Both the position numbers and the translations under genes were made by a program. A stretch of DNA of 64,000 nucleotides from the NCBI GenBank assembly GCA_041738755.1, contig JBGSPE010000005.1, forward strand, positions 3,522 to 67,521. The letters run 5' to 3'. Of the stretch, positions 63,977 through 64,000 are shown in pieces. Source of the stretch: Minisyncoccia bacterium. GTDB taxonomy: Bacteria; Patescibacteriota; Minisyncoccia; Phycocordibacterales; UBA918. Every line of letters begins with the position of its first letter. Position 1 is the first letter of the stretch. Below the pieces are notes generated by a model, which searched no databases, was not told the DNA's origin, and worked only from the letters and a program-made list of their open reading frames with translations.

Positions 63977-64000
63977 CGAACACAAAATAGCACCTTCGGG

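Overview
This 64 kb window is a gene-dense chromosomal segment that reads in the standard bacterial code; I saw no sign of TGA recoding. Gene content and style suggest a small-genome bacterium of the Patescibacteria/CPR type. The proteins include many small membrane or secreted hypotheticals, several C-terminal low-complexity tails, a short DnaX, an RGG-type tail on RNase J and orphan substrate-binding proteins. That lineage call is an inference only. Recognisable housekeeping genes are parB, rel (RelA/SpoT), topA, dprA, serS, an ftsQ-like gene, dus, dnaX, a histidine phosphatase, groES-groEL, rnj, secG, htpX, an ABC-F ATPase, a class II CPD photolyase, a MutY-like glycosylase and an HtrA protease. 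There are four tRNA-type elements: tRNA-Leu(CAA) on the minus strand, tRNA-Gln(CUG), tRNA-Ser(GGA) and an isolated tRNA 3'-half-like fragment. About ten clean intrinsic terminators are visible. Accessory-looking content is as follows. First, a minus-strand operon encodes an ApbE flavin transferase, a 6-TM ferric-reductase/MsrQ-like His-containing membrane protein and an FNR-type FAD/NAD(P) reductase (a split NOX/MsrQ-Fre-like module). It is divergent from an OmpR/histidine-kinase pair, a rubredoxin and a small leader-like transcript with a 6-codon uORF. Second, an AT-rich islet carries SUKH/SMI1-like putative immunity genes. Third, there is a large envelope-remodelling set (M23 peptidase, Amidase_3, SGNH hydrolase, MltG, two DsbA paralogs, YbaY-META, SH3b plus NlpC/P60-like, a bactofilin-like beta-helix protein). 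Fourth, a GH1/membrane/GH-A sugar cluster. Fifth, an operon of an ATP-grasp protein, a secreted protein and an RNase H-like exonuclease. Sixth, a LemA-HisE-like-DUF2207-HtpX membrane-stress cluster. I found no CRISPR array, integrase or transposase. All calls come from reading the supplied translations and DNA by eye. No database search was run.
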